The notes beneath the pieces were generated by a model. It saw only the letters and a program-made list of their open reading frames with translations. It did not search any database and was not told the origin of the DNA. A program made the position numbers and the translations under genes. 64,000 bases of DNA. Origin: Planctomycetota bacterium (GTDB lineage Bacteria > Planctomycetota > UBA8108 > SXIK01). Each line of letters opens with the position of its first letter. The stretch's first letter is position 1. Where the stretch lies: positions 6,912,001 to 6,976,000 of the forward strand of contig OZ244999.1 in NCBI GenBank assembly GCA_965223265.1, given 5' to 3'. This document shows positions 29,324-38,577 of the stretch, in pieces.

Positions 29324-30217
29324 CTAAGCTCGCTGTCGGAGGACCTCTCGATACCAGATGTAGAGGCCGCTGGCGATCACGATGACTGATCCGAGAACCA
29401 CTAACCGATCCGGAAGTTCACGCCAAAAGATATAACCCAAGCCGGTGGCCCAAAGGAGCGCTGTGTAGTCAAACGGCGCAATCACCGACGCAGGGGCGAA
29501 CCGATACGCTTGGGTGAGAGCGACTTGTCCGGCACTGCCGATCAGTCCGACGAGAACGAACAGATGCAAGTGCTCGATGGCGGGCAATGCCAGGCCGGTG
29601 GCTACAACAGCGACGAAAGGGATCAAGCTCGAACCAACGATGTTGTAGAAGACGATCGTCGAACTCGGCTCCGACCGCGACAGGATTCTCCCGACAATCA
29701 TGGCGCCCGCGTAAAATACAGCTGCCGCCAAAGCAAACATTCCGCCGCCGAGAAAGACGCCGGCGCCGGGACGGAGCGTGATCATCACGCCGACGAACCC
29801 GACCAGAACCGCGCTCCAGCGATGCACCCCGACGTGCTCGCGAAGAAGCGGCACTGAAAGCGCAGTGATGATGAGGGGAGCAGCGAACGAAACCGCCGTT
29901 GCATCGGCCAGCTTCATCTTCTTCAGCGCCATCGTAAACGAGATGAATGCGAGTGCGGTCAACTGTGACCGCAGGAAGTGGAGGCGCTTGTTCGAAGTCT
30001 TGAGCGAACGCAGCCCCGGACCGAGTCGTACGTAGAGGGCGACGGGGAGAAGAGCGACAACGTTGCGCCACACCAAGATCTGCGCCGGGCCGTACGAACG
30101 ATCATCGGCGAGCATCTTGATCACGACGTCCATGGCCGAGAAACAGAGCATGGCACCGACGACGCATTGGATCCCGACCATTGTTCGCTTGCGTGCGGTC
30201 TCTGTTTGCAGTGTCAT
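29324..30217 (-). CDS. DMT/EamA family transporter
   Basis: Ten TM segments; [36 protein letters not shown]. Confidence 0.92.
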   Translation of the reverse strand: MTLQTETARKRTMVGIQCVVGAMLCFSAMDVVIKMLADDRSYGPAQILVWRNVVALLPVALYVRLGPGLRSLKTSNKRLHFLRSQLTALAFISFTMALKKMKLADATAVSFAAPLIITALSVPLLREHVGVHRWSAVLVGFVGVMITLRPGAGVFLGGGMFALAAAVFYAGAMIVGRILSRSEPSSTIVFYNIVGSSLIPFVAVVATGLALPAIEHLHLFVLVGLIGSAGQVALTQAYRFAPASVIAPFDYTALLWATGLGYIFWRELPDRLVVLGSVIVIASGLYIWYREVLRQRA

Positions 30218-30355
30218 GAAGTGCCAACGTTTAGGCGACGCGAGTTCAAACGAACGAAAAGAAGAGCGAGGGCAGCCGAATCAACGCATGAGAATCAACG
30301 CAAGAGAATCATAGTGACGATGAACAATCATCGCGACCTCTAAGGTAAGAGCACG

Positions 30356-31579
30356 ATGGCGAACGCGACATTACGCAAAGCGCGTACAATCGGGATGTTG
30401 ATCCTAGCTATGTCGGTGCCGATCGACAGGATGGGCGGCGAGGATCCTCCAAGTGCAAAGTCTGCACGCGTCGTCGTCACGGGCCACGATGTCAACCGTC
30501 CAGCCCCCTTCCCTGGCCAAGGCAAGTTCGGTTGGGCTGGAAACGTCGCCAGGTTGGAGGACGGCCGACTCATGCTTGTTCACACGGCGGGCTACTATCA
30601 CGTCTCGTTCGCCGAGCCGCGCTTGATCGAGAAAGAACTTCGCAAGCAGTGGCTCGCCGAAGGTTGGCCACTCGATTTTCCAGCTCCAACCGGCGGACGC
30701 TCGATGGCGACATACTCGAGCGACGACGGTAGGACCTGGAGTCAACCAGAGACGATCATCGACCTGCCGCTTGACGACGGGTCATACGGCGTCCTGCGCC
30801 TGGCGGACAACACGCTTCTCTGCTTCATCAACGTGCAGGCGTCGTGGTATGGCTTCTCCGAGGCGCCACCGCAGTTTCGAAAGGACATCGACGGACTCAA
30901 CTCGCAGCAATGCGTCATCCGTTCGACGGACGGCGGCAAGACGTGGAGCGAGCCGATCTGGCCGGAAAGTCCCGGCAATTTCTATCAGCGCAGCCACGCG
31001 CAGCCGATCGTACTACCGAGCGGCAGCATCTTGTGGCCGACGTATGCAATCGAATATGGCGCGCCCGAGTTCGGCGTGATCCAGCGCTCCGACGACAATG
31101 GCAAGAGCTGGCGCGTCGTCTCGACGATTCGCCGTGAAAAACAGCTCGTCGACGAACCCGCGATCACACGCCTCGCCGACGGCCGGTTGCTGCTGGTGTG
31201 CCGACCGGACGGCGGCTTGGCTTACTCCGAGGACGAGGGCAAGACCTGGACGTTCCAAGGGCGGTTGATCGAGAAGGGTCGTTTCAAGGCTCCACGGCTC
31301 TTGACCATGGAGGACGGCACCGTCGTCTGCGTCGCCACGCTCGGAAGGCTCTACGTGTTTCTCGGCCGCGCACATGGTACAGATTGGGTCGGCCCCTTCG
31401 CGCTCGACACCGAGAGCTACGGTTATCCCGGCGGCATGCAGCTCGAGGACGGCTCGTTTCTCATCTCCTACTGTTCCTCAGGACGCGCGCCGAACCGCAT
31501 CTACGTCGTTCGCTTCCGCGTCAAGGAGGCGCGAGATGGGATCGAGATTCTAGCGGTGGGCGACGCGGGGGAGAAGTAG
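30356..31579 (+). CDS. BNR/Asp-box sialidase-family protein
   Basis: Asp-boxes SSDDGRTW, STDGGKTW, SDDNGKSW, SEDEGKTW; C-terminal GYPG. Confidence 0.85.
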   Translation: MANATLRKARTIGMLILAMSVPIDRMGGEDPPSAKSARVVVTGHDVNRPAPFPGQGKFGWAGNVARLEDGRLMLVHTAGYYHVSFAEPRLIEKELRKQWLAEGWPLDFPAPTGGRSMATYSSDDGRTWSQPETIIDLPLDDGSYGVLRLADNTLLCFINVQASWYGFSEAPPQFRKDIDGLNSQQCVIRSTDGGKTWSEPIWPESPGNFYQRSHAQPIVLPSGSILWPTYAIEYGAPEFGVIQRSDDNGKSWRVVSTIRREKQLVDEPAITRLADGRLLLVCRPDGGLAYSEDEGKTWTFQGRLIEKGRFKAPRLLTMEDGTVVCVATLGRLYVFLGRAHGTDWVGPFALDTESYGYPGGMQLEDGSFLISYCSSGRAPNRIYVVRFRVKEARDGIEILAVGDAGEK

Positions 31580-31695
31580 CGCGCACCGGTAAACCTCACC
31601 AAACGTGAAGTCTGCCGCGACGCCTCAGGACGGCCGATCGAACCGCAGGAAAAACGTCTCGGACCTCTTCCGACTAGGAATTTATGCAACTGTAG

Positions 31696-31756
31696 GGACA
31701 GATTCAGAGACGGAGGCAGATTCAGAGGCAAAGACGGAGACGGAAGCAGAGACGCA
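31696..31756. repeat. Purine-rich hexameric tract (reverse complement of the TCYGNN module)
   Basis: GACAGATTCAGAGACGGAGGCAGATTCAGAGGCAAAGACGGAGACGGAAGCAGAGACG between convergent genes. Confidence 0.7.
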
Positions 31757-31774
31757 ACGTTCCTCAACGCAAGG

Positions 31775-33805
31775 CTACCCGTCGCACCCAAGGGTGTCCG
31801 GCGTCGGGTCGAACCATGGGAACGCCACCCCCGGACTGCGCAGCGCCGGGCCGCTCGCGAAGAGGAAGTTGAGCGTGAAGAGCGCATCGGCGATGTCGAC
31901 CGTGCCGTCGTCGTTGGCGTCGGCCGCATCCTCGCACGTCACGATCACGCCGCCGCCCACGAACAAAAACATGAGCGTCGCGATCGCGTCGGAAACATCG
32001 ACGTCGCCATCGTCGTTGGCATCACCTCTGAGGAAGGCGCCGGGCGGAGAGATCGTACTGACGAACACGCTCTGCGGAAAGCTGTCCTGCTGATCCTTCA
32101 CGCCGACGACTTTGTACGTTAGGACTCCGTCGGTCGTGTCGACGTAACCCGTGGCGCCCGCCGGCAGAGTTGCGATCTGCGCGCCGTTGCGAAACACTTC
32201 CACGGCATCATAGCTGCCACCATTGGTCCAGCTCAGCGCGACCTCGCTACCCGATCCGACACCGCCGCCGCCACCATCAGCTCCACTCGGCGAGACCTCG
32301 GCGCTCAATTCCTCCACAGCCGCGACTCCAGCTGTGCCGAATCGAATCTGCCCGTTGATGAGCTCGGTTGGGTTCACTGAATTTGATGGCCGCACCGAAA
32401 AGACCGAGGAGATCTGCGGCAATTCGACCACGTCGCCGTCGGCAAAGGTTCCGGGTTCGACGTCAAACACCCAGTTGAAGACATGCTGGCGCAAGCCCGG
32501 CGGCAGATCTTTTTCTTCTTCGGGCGGCGGTACCGCATCAAAGACGACGCCGGCGGCAGGTCCTGCGTGCGGCCCTGGCCCCACCCGCACAAACTCAGGC
32601 TCAAAATCGCTCACGGTCCCCCGAAGCGACGGTTCGATCTCGCGTACCAGCCGTAGCGGCGACTCGACCGAACCCAAGTCGAGACCGAGCTGCAGACCGC
32701 GCAGCGGGATCGGATGGGTTGCGAACACAGGCACGGACACGCGCGTCGCGGTCACCGGAACCTGCACGTCCGCCACTTCGAAGATCCAGGTGCCGTTGGC
32801 GATACAGCTCGTCTCCGGACTGCGAAAACTGCTCAGCTCCGTAATGATCGTGTAGACGGTGACTGCGTCGGACGGCGAAGGGTCAGTGAAGCTCGTGGCG
32901 TCGCCCTCAAGCAGCGCGATCTCGGCGCCGTCACGGAAGACGAAGATACGGTCGAACGATACGGGATTTTCCCACGACAGAGATCCGTCGTCTCCGCACG
33001 ACAGATTCGACACCGTCGGTGCAGTCGGAGAGTTCACGACGACGTCGCATCCCACGGCAATGGAGACGCGGTCGCCAGCCACCGCAACCAGCTCGTACCT
33101 TTGCAGCCCAAGCGTCTCGATCTCCGTCTCGAAGCTCGTGGCGTCGCCAGGGAGTGTGTCCAACACGTCGCCGTCACGGCGCACTTCGATGCCATCATAG
33201 AACTCGGTCGGCGTGAACGTCAGACGCACCGTGTTCAGAAACTGCTCGCAGACGACGTCCCCGACGGGTCGTGGTCCAGCTGGCTCCTCGATCGTAACGC
33301 TGCCGCTGCGCAGATCGTTGAACTCAAACGTCTCGAAGATCGTGCTGCCGTAGCTCGCCGTTCCCGCTGTCGATTCGATGCTCGGGACGGCCGTCAGCGC
33401 AGTCTCTCCGACCGGCGCGTCAGCGCGGATGCGAAAGACCAAGTGGCCGAACGGTACGTCAGCTCCTGGGTCGACGGAGATCGCTCGTGTTGACTCCCGG
33501 ATCGTGTTGTCGAACCCGAACACACCTTCGGTCGGAAGGAACGTGCGAAAAAGCGTCGTTTGGGGATCTCCGGCATCGGCAGCCGAGCCGCTGATATCGT
33601 ATCGGAGAAACTCGAGAGCGTCGGGCGCGAAGAGAAAAATCCCGAAGAAACTCCACATCGATTGATCGAACGTCAAGCTGACTGGGACCTCAACGATCTC
33701 GCCGGGTTGTCCGGAGACGGTACCGAGCTCAAGGATTCGCTCCTGAGCTCGAGCTGGGGAAAAACCAAACGCCACCACGAAGAGAGCCAGTAAAACACTG
33801 CGCAT
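31775..33805 (-). CDS. Secreted cohesin-like/Fn3-like/dockerin-like protein, paralog 1
   Basis: Signal peptide (ARA-Q); LELGTVSGQPGEIVEVPV...LVFRIRADAPVG...GSVTI; three W/F-x-N/P...FRDG Fn3-like units; C-terminal FLRGDANDDGDVDVSDA...CEDAADANDDGTVDIAD...DPTPDTLGC. Confidence 0.82.
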   Translation of the reverse strand: MRSVLLALFVVAFGFSPARAQERILELGTVSGQPGEIVEVPVSLTFDQSMWSFFGIFLFAPDALEFLRYDISGSAADAGDPQTTLFRTFLPTEGVFGFDNTIRESTRAISVDPGADVPFGHLVFRIRADAPVGETALTAVPSIESTAGTASYGSTIFETFEFNDLRSGSVTIEEPAGPRPVGDVVCEQFLNTVRLTFTPTEFYDGIEVRRDGDVLDTLPGDATSFETEIETLGLQRYELVAVAGDRVSIAVGCDVVVNSPTAPTVSNLSCGDDGSLSWENPVSFDRIFVFRDGAEIALLEGDATSFTDPSPSDAVTVYTIITELSSFRSPETSCIANGTWIFEVADVQVPVTATRVSVPVFATHPIPLRGLQLGLDLGSVESPLRLVREIEPSLRGTVSDFEPEFVRVGPGPHAGPAAGVVFDAVPPPEEEKDLPPGLRQHVFNWVFDVEPGTFADGDVVELPQISSVFSVRPSNSVNPTELINGQIRFGTAGVAAVEELSAEVSPSGADGGGGGVGSGSEVALSWTNGGSYDAVEVFRNGAQIATLPAGATGYVDTTDGVLTYKVVGVKDQQDSFPQSVFVSTISPPGAFLRGDANDDGDVDVSDAIATLMFLFVGGGVIVTCEDAADANDDGTVDIADALFTLNFLFASGPALRSPGVAFPWFDPTPDTLGCDG

Positions 33806-33880
33806 CGGAAAGCCCTCCAGACTATTCAGGTTGTTCGGATGGTTGCCGCCGGACCACCGCGTTCACGTCCGCCAGGCATC

Positions 33881-33916
33881 ATAACAGATGAGCACCGCAT
33901 AACAGATGAGCACCGC
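33881..33916. repeat. Perfect 18-bp tandem duplication
   Basis: ATAACAGATGAGCACCGC x2 in the spacer between paralogs 1 and 2. Confidence 0.9.
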
Positions 33917-33922
33917 GGCCAC

Positions 33923-35977
33923 TCACGAGCCCTCACAGCCCAGTGCGTCCGGTGTTGGATCGAACCACGGGAACGCAACGCCTGGACTGCGCGGCGCCGG
34001 GCCGCGCACAAACAGAAAATTGAGCGTCGACAGCGCGTCGGAAAGATCGATCGTGCCGTCGTCGTTCGAGTCGGCCGCATCTTCGCACGGAATCGGTTGA
34101 TTGCCCACGAAGAGGAACGTCAGTGTCGCGATCGCGTCGGAAAGATCCACGTCACTGTCGTCGTTGGCGTCGCCCCGCAGAAACGACCCGGGCGGTGAAA
34201 TCGTGCTGACGAAAACGCTCTGCGGAAAACTACTCTCTGCTTCCTCCACGCCGATGACCTTGTACGTCAATACGCCGTTGGCATTGTCGACGTATTCGGT
34301 GGCGCCGCTCGGCAGCGTCGCGATCTGGGTGCCGTTGCGGAAGACCTCCACGGAATCGTAGCTCCCGCCGTTACTCCAGCTCAGCGCCACGCTACTGTTC
34401 GCATCAACGCCACCGCCGCCGTCGCCGTCGCCACCGCCGCCTGGTGAAACCTCGGCGCGCAGATCCTCTACCGCTGCGACTCCACTCGAACCGAAACGAA
34501 TCTCGCCGTCGATGAGCTCGTCCGGCTGCGCCGAAGTCGCTGGTCGAACCGTGAACACGGAGGCGACGACAGGCAAAGCAACGACGTCACCGTCGGCGAA
34601 GGTCCCGGGCTCAATATCAAAGACCCAGTTGAAGACGTGCTGGCGCAACCCCGGTGGCAAATCTTTCTCTTCCTCAGCGGGTGGGAGGGCATCGAATAGA
34701 ACGGCGACCGCGCCTCCCCTGTGAGGTCCGGGGCCGATCCGCACTACCTCGGGCTCGAAATCGCTCACCGTGCCTTGAAGCGATGGTTCGATCTCAGTCA
34801 CAAGCCGCAGTGGCGACTCAGTCGAGCCCAAATCAAGGCCAAGCTGAATCCCTTGAACAGCAATCGGGTGCGTAGCGAACACCGGGACGGATACGCGCGT
34901 CGTCGTGACTGGCACCTGCACGTCCGCCACTTCAAAGATCCAAGTGCCGTTGGCGACGCAGCTCGTCTCCGGACTACGAAAACTGCTCAGCTCGGTAATG
35001 ACGGTGTAGACGGTGACTGCGTCGGATGGCGAAGGATCGGTGAAGCTCGCGGCGTCGCCCTCAAGCATCGCGATCTGAGCGCCATCGCGAAAAACAAAGA
35101 TGCCGTCGAACGTGACCGGGTTTCGCCACGTCAGAGATCCGTCGTCCTCGCACGACAAGCCCGCTACCGTCGGTGCGGTCGGAGAATTTACAACCACGTC
35201 GCACCCCACGGCGATTGAGACCCGGTCACCAGCCACCGCCACGAGCTCGTATCTTTGGCGTCCGAGCGTCTCCACCTGCGTCTCGAAACTCTCCGTATCG
35301 CCGGAGAGGGTGGCTAGAAGATCACCATCGCGACGCACCTCGATGCCGTCGTACACTTCCGTAGGTGTGAACGACAGACGCACGCGATCTAAGAACTGGT
35401 CGCACTCCAGATCGCCCACTGGCCGCGGCCCCGCCGGCGCTTCCACGGCGATACTACCGCTCCGCAGGTCGGTGAATTCAAACGTGACGTCGAAGGTCTC
35501 AAAGGCCGAGTTGCCGCCGGCCGACTCCACTCGGGGGACGAGCGATAGAGCCGTCTCTCCGACGGGTGCGTCAGCGCGGATGCGAAATAGCAGACGACCG
35601 ATCGGCAGCTCCGACCCTGGCGGGAGGCTAAAGCCCCGTACCGACTCACGATCCGAGTAACGCACGCCGAAGAGTGCGTCGCCGCCTCCAAGTGAGTTGT
35701 GTAGGGCCACCAGAGGATCTCCGGCGTCGGCGGCCGAGCCGCTGACGTCGTATCCCAGAAACTCGAGATGCTCCAGCGAGTGGATGAAGAATCCTTGAAG
35801 GCCGATCGCCGGATGATCAACCGTCGTAGAGACCGGGATCTCGACGATCTCGCCCGGCTGACCGGAGGCCGTGCCGAGCGCCAACATGCGCTCTTGAGCG
35901 TCGGCTGGCAGCGCTCCGACAAAACACAAAGAAAACGCCGCCACGAAGGCGGAGCGGGCTGCGATCAATCGCTGCAT
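33923..35977 (-). CDS. Secreted cohesin-like/Fn3-like/dockerin-like protein, paralog 2
   Basis: Same architecture, with long near-identical stretches (TELSSFRSPETSC, KDLPPGLRQHVFNWVFD); GAGGAGG RBS before MQRLIA. Confidence 0.82.
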   Translation of the reverse strand: MQRLIAARSAFVAAFSLCFVGALPADAQERMLALGTASGQPGEIVEIPVSTTVDHPAIGLQGFFIHSLEHLEFLGYDVSGSAADAGDPLVALHNSLGGGDALFGVRYSDRESVRGFSLPPGSELPIGRLLFRIRADAPVGETALSLVPRVESAGGNSAFETFDVTFEFTDLRSGSIAVEAPAGPRPVGDLECDQFLDRVRLSFTPTEVYDGIEVRRDGDLLATLSGDTESFETQVETLGRQRYELVAVAGDRVSIAVGCDVVVNSPTAPTVAGLSCEDDGSLTWRNPVTFDGIFVFRDGAQIAMLEGDAASFTDPSPSDAVTVYTVITELSSFRSPETSCVANGTWIFEVADVQVPVTTTRVSVPVFATHPIAVQGIQLGLDLGSTESPLRLVTEIEPSLQGTVSDFEPEVVRIGPGPHRGGAVAVLFDALPPAEEEKDLPPGLRQHVFNWVFDIEPGTFADGDVVALPVVASVFTVRPATSAQPDELIDGEIRFGSSGVAAVEDLRAEVSPGGGGDGDGGGGVDANSSVALSWSNGGSYDSVEVFRNGTQIATLPSGATEYVDNANGVLTYKVIGVEEAESSFPQSVFVSTISPPGSFLRGDANDDSDVDLSDAIATLTFLFVGNQPIPCEDAADSNDDGTIDLSDALSTLNFLFVRGPAPRSPGVAFPWFDPTPDALGCEGS

Positions 35978-36037
35978 CGCGGAAGCCTCCTCTTGAACGG
36001 TGGCCACGGCAAAAACTGCCCGCAAGAAATGGGGCGA

Positions 36038-38068
36038 CTATCCATCACATCGCAGGTTGTCCGGCGTCGGATCGAACCACGGGAACTCGATTCCGGGACT
36101 CCGAATCGCCGGTCCGCTGGCGAACAGAAAGTTCAGCGCGTAGATCGGATCGGCGATATCGACCTTGCCGTCGTCGTTGGCGTCGGCGGCGTCGGCGCAC
36201 TCCAAGACCTGTCCGCTGACGAACAGAAACATCAACGTGGCGACGGCATCGGAAAGATCGACGTTACGGTCGCGGTTGGTGTCGCCGCGCAAGAAAGCAC
36301 CCGGCGGTGTAATGGTGCTGACGAAAACGCTGCGCGGGAAGCTCGTCTCTGCGTTGCGCATGCCAACGACCTTGTATGTGAACGCGCCCTGCGCCGTGTC
36401 GACGAACTCCGTTGCGTCCTTGGCGAGCCTAGCCACCATTTCACCGTTGCGCAAAACTTCGAGAGAGTCATAGTCGCCACCATTGGTCCAGCTCAGGCGC
36501 ACCCCGTCCGGCTCCGCCAGACCACCGCCACCGCCGTCCGCCCCTGCAGCCGCGGGAATCAGCTCGGCGTTCAGATTCTCCACCGCCGCGACCGCTCCAG
36601 CGCCAAAACGTATCTGACCGTTGATCAAGGAGTCCGGCGGCACGGTTGTCGGTGGTCGCACTGTGAAGATTGACGAAATGAGGGGTAGATCGACCACATC
36701 GCCGTCTCGAAACGTCCCCGGCTCGATATCGAAAACCCAATTGAAGACGTGCTGCCTGAGCCCGGGCGGCAGATCTTTCTCAGGCTCACTCGGTGGCAGA
36801 AAATCGAAGAGGACTCCGACGGCAGGGCCGTCGTGAGGGCCAGGTCCGACGCGCACGAACTCCGGATCGAAGTTGCTAACCGTGCCGAGCAGAGACAGCT
36901 CGACTTCACGCACAAGCTTGAGCGGTGAGTCTACCGAACCGAGGTCCAGACCGAGCTGAAAACCGTGCAACGGCAGTGGATGCGTCGCATAGACCGGCAC
37001 CGAAACCCGTGTAGACGCAGGCGAGGCGAGAACATCTCCGACCTCGATGATCCACGTACCGTTGGCGATGCAGCTCGTCTCCGGACTACGAAAACCGCTC
37101 AGCTCGGTGATCAGGGTGTACACCGTCACCGCATCGCTCGCAGCAGGATCTGCGAAGTTTGTTGCCGTACCGTCGAGAACTGCAATTTCACGACCATCTT
37201 TGAAAACAAAGATGCGATCGAACGCGACGGGATTCTGCCATGACAAACTGCCCTCGTCGCTGCACGCCAGACCGACAACGACGGGCGCCGTCGGCGAGGT
37301 CGCGACGACATCGCAACCAACCGTCATCGAGTGCCCGTCACCGCGCAGAGCGATCAACTCGAAACGCTGCAGGCCGACACCGTCAAGCGGCGCATCGAAG
37401 CTCGTGGCGTCGCCGGCGAGCATGGACAGTACGTCGCCATCGCGGCGGACTTCGATGCCGTCATACGTCTCCGTCGGTGTGAACGTCAGTCGAATCGTAT
37501 CTAAGAACTGCTCGCACACTAGGTCCCCGACTGGACGCGGGCCTTGCGGCTCGAGCACGGTGACTGAGCCGCTTTGGAGCTCGAACTCAAACGACTCGAA
37601 GCCTGGTGTTCCGAAACTCGATGTCCCTGCGGTCGAGTCGATCTTGTTGACAAGTGTCAGGGCGCTCTCCCCTATCGCTGCAGCCGCGCGAACGCGGAAC
37701 TTCAAATGCCCAAGGGATCGGCGAGTCCCCGCTGGCACGGAGAACGTGCGCGTTGACTCGCGCACCGAGTAGTCGAAACCGAATACGCCCTCGGTGGGTA
37801 AAAAGGTGCGATAGAGGACCCCGGACAGATCTCCAGCGTCGGCTTCCGAACCGCGAACGTCAAAGCCGAGAAACTCGAGCTGTGCTGGGTCGAATAGGAA
37901 GACTCCAAAGACCGCAAGCGCTGGATGGTCAATGGTCGCGAAGACTGGAACTTCAACCAGTTCCCCGGGTTGGCCAGAAACGTTCCCGAACTCGAGAAGT
38001 CTCTCCTGGGCGGAACCAGATGAGGAAAAAGACACCATCACCAAGCACGCAGTGAGATAGCGGCGCAT
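36038..38068 (-). CDS. Secreted cohesin-like/Fn3-like/dockerin-like protein, paralog 3
   Basis: Same architecture; start MRRYLTAC after a G-rich RBS; C-terminal FLRGDTNRDRNVDLSDA...CADAADANDDG. Confidence 0.82.
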   Translation of the reverse strand: MRRYLTACLVMVSFSSSGSAQERLLEFGNVSGQPGELVEVPVFATIDHPALAVFGVFLFDPAQLEFLGFDVRGSEADAGDLSGVLYRTFLPTEGVFGFDYSVRESTRTFSVPAGTRRSLGHLKFRVRAAAAIGESALTLVNKIDSTAGTSSFGTPGFESFEFELQSGSVTVLEPQGPRPVGDLVCEQFLDTIRLTFTPTETYDGIEVRRDGDVLSMLAGDATSFDAPLDGVGLQRFELIALRGDGHSMTVGCDVVATSPTAPVVVGLACSDEGSLSWQNPVAFDRIFVFKDGREIAVLDGTATNFADPAASDAVTVYTLITELSGFRSPETSCIANGTWIIEVGDVLASPASTRVSVPVYATHPLPLHGFQLGLDLGSVDSPLKLVREVELSLLGTVSNFDPEFVRVGPGPHDGPAVGVLFDFLPPSEPEKDLPPGLRQHVFNWVFDIEPGTFRDGDVVDLPLISSIFTVRPPTTVPPDSLINGQIRFGAGAVAAVENLNAELIPAAAGADGGGGGLAEPDGVRLSWTNGGDYDSLEVLRNGEMVARLAKDATEFVDTAQGAFTYKVVGMRNAETSFPRSVFVSTITPPGAFLRGDTNRDRNVDLSDAVATLMFLFVSGQVLECADAADANDDGKVDIADPIYALNFLFASGPAIRSPGIEFPWFDPTPDNLRCDG

Positions 38069-38577
38069 GCACGCCCCCCTTTCTTGTCCCTGATCTTGTC
38101 CCTGATTTCCCTGCGAGCGCCTCAATGCGGAGCCGGAGCGAATCCGATAAGACGATTCTCAGTCTATTACAGCGCCCGGGCAAGGAGTTTTGTTCGTGTC
38201 ATCGCCGGCTTCACTCCATGCCGAAGTGTTCGAAGGAAAGAGCATCTGAGGGCTCGTCCCGCCCGTTGGTCGGGACCGGATCTTGAAACTATGTCGCACC
38301 CATGGGCAGCACCCCGCCACCGCGGTCGTCGCTTCAGTGGCCCCGCGGCCGCCCGGCCCCCAAAATCGAGGACGAATTCCACGGGATCTTCCTGGCGGTC
38401 GGCGTTGCGGGGCGCCGATGCGAGGCACATATCCGCGAAGCACCCTGCGCTCCGGCGAGGAGGCCACCGGCCTGGGCACGCGAGTTGCGGCGTCGAAAGT
38501 GAGGACCGGATTTCCTGGACCTCTCGGCGCAGGGGCGGCGGGAACGAGAACGGCTAGGTGAAGCTTCGGGATACCGC

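Noticed and set aside
29035-29389. ORFs encoding (TQ)n, (RK)n, (VC)n, (AF)n, (RL)n
   Set aside because: Open frames on both strands are an automatic result of a stop-free hexamer microsatellite.
31775-38068. Classical cellulosome
   Set aside because: No dockerin-bearing glycoside hydrolases, CBM3 or SLH anchors are recognisable in the window.
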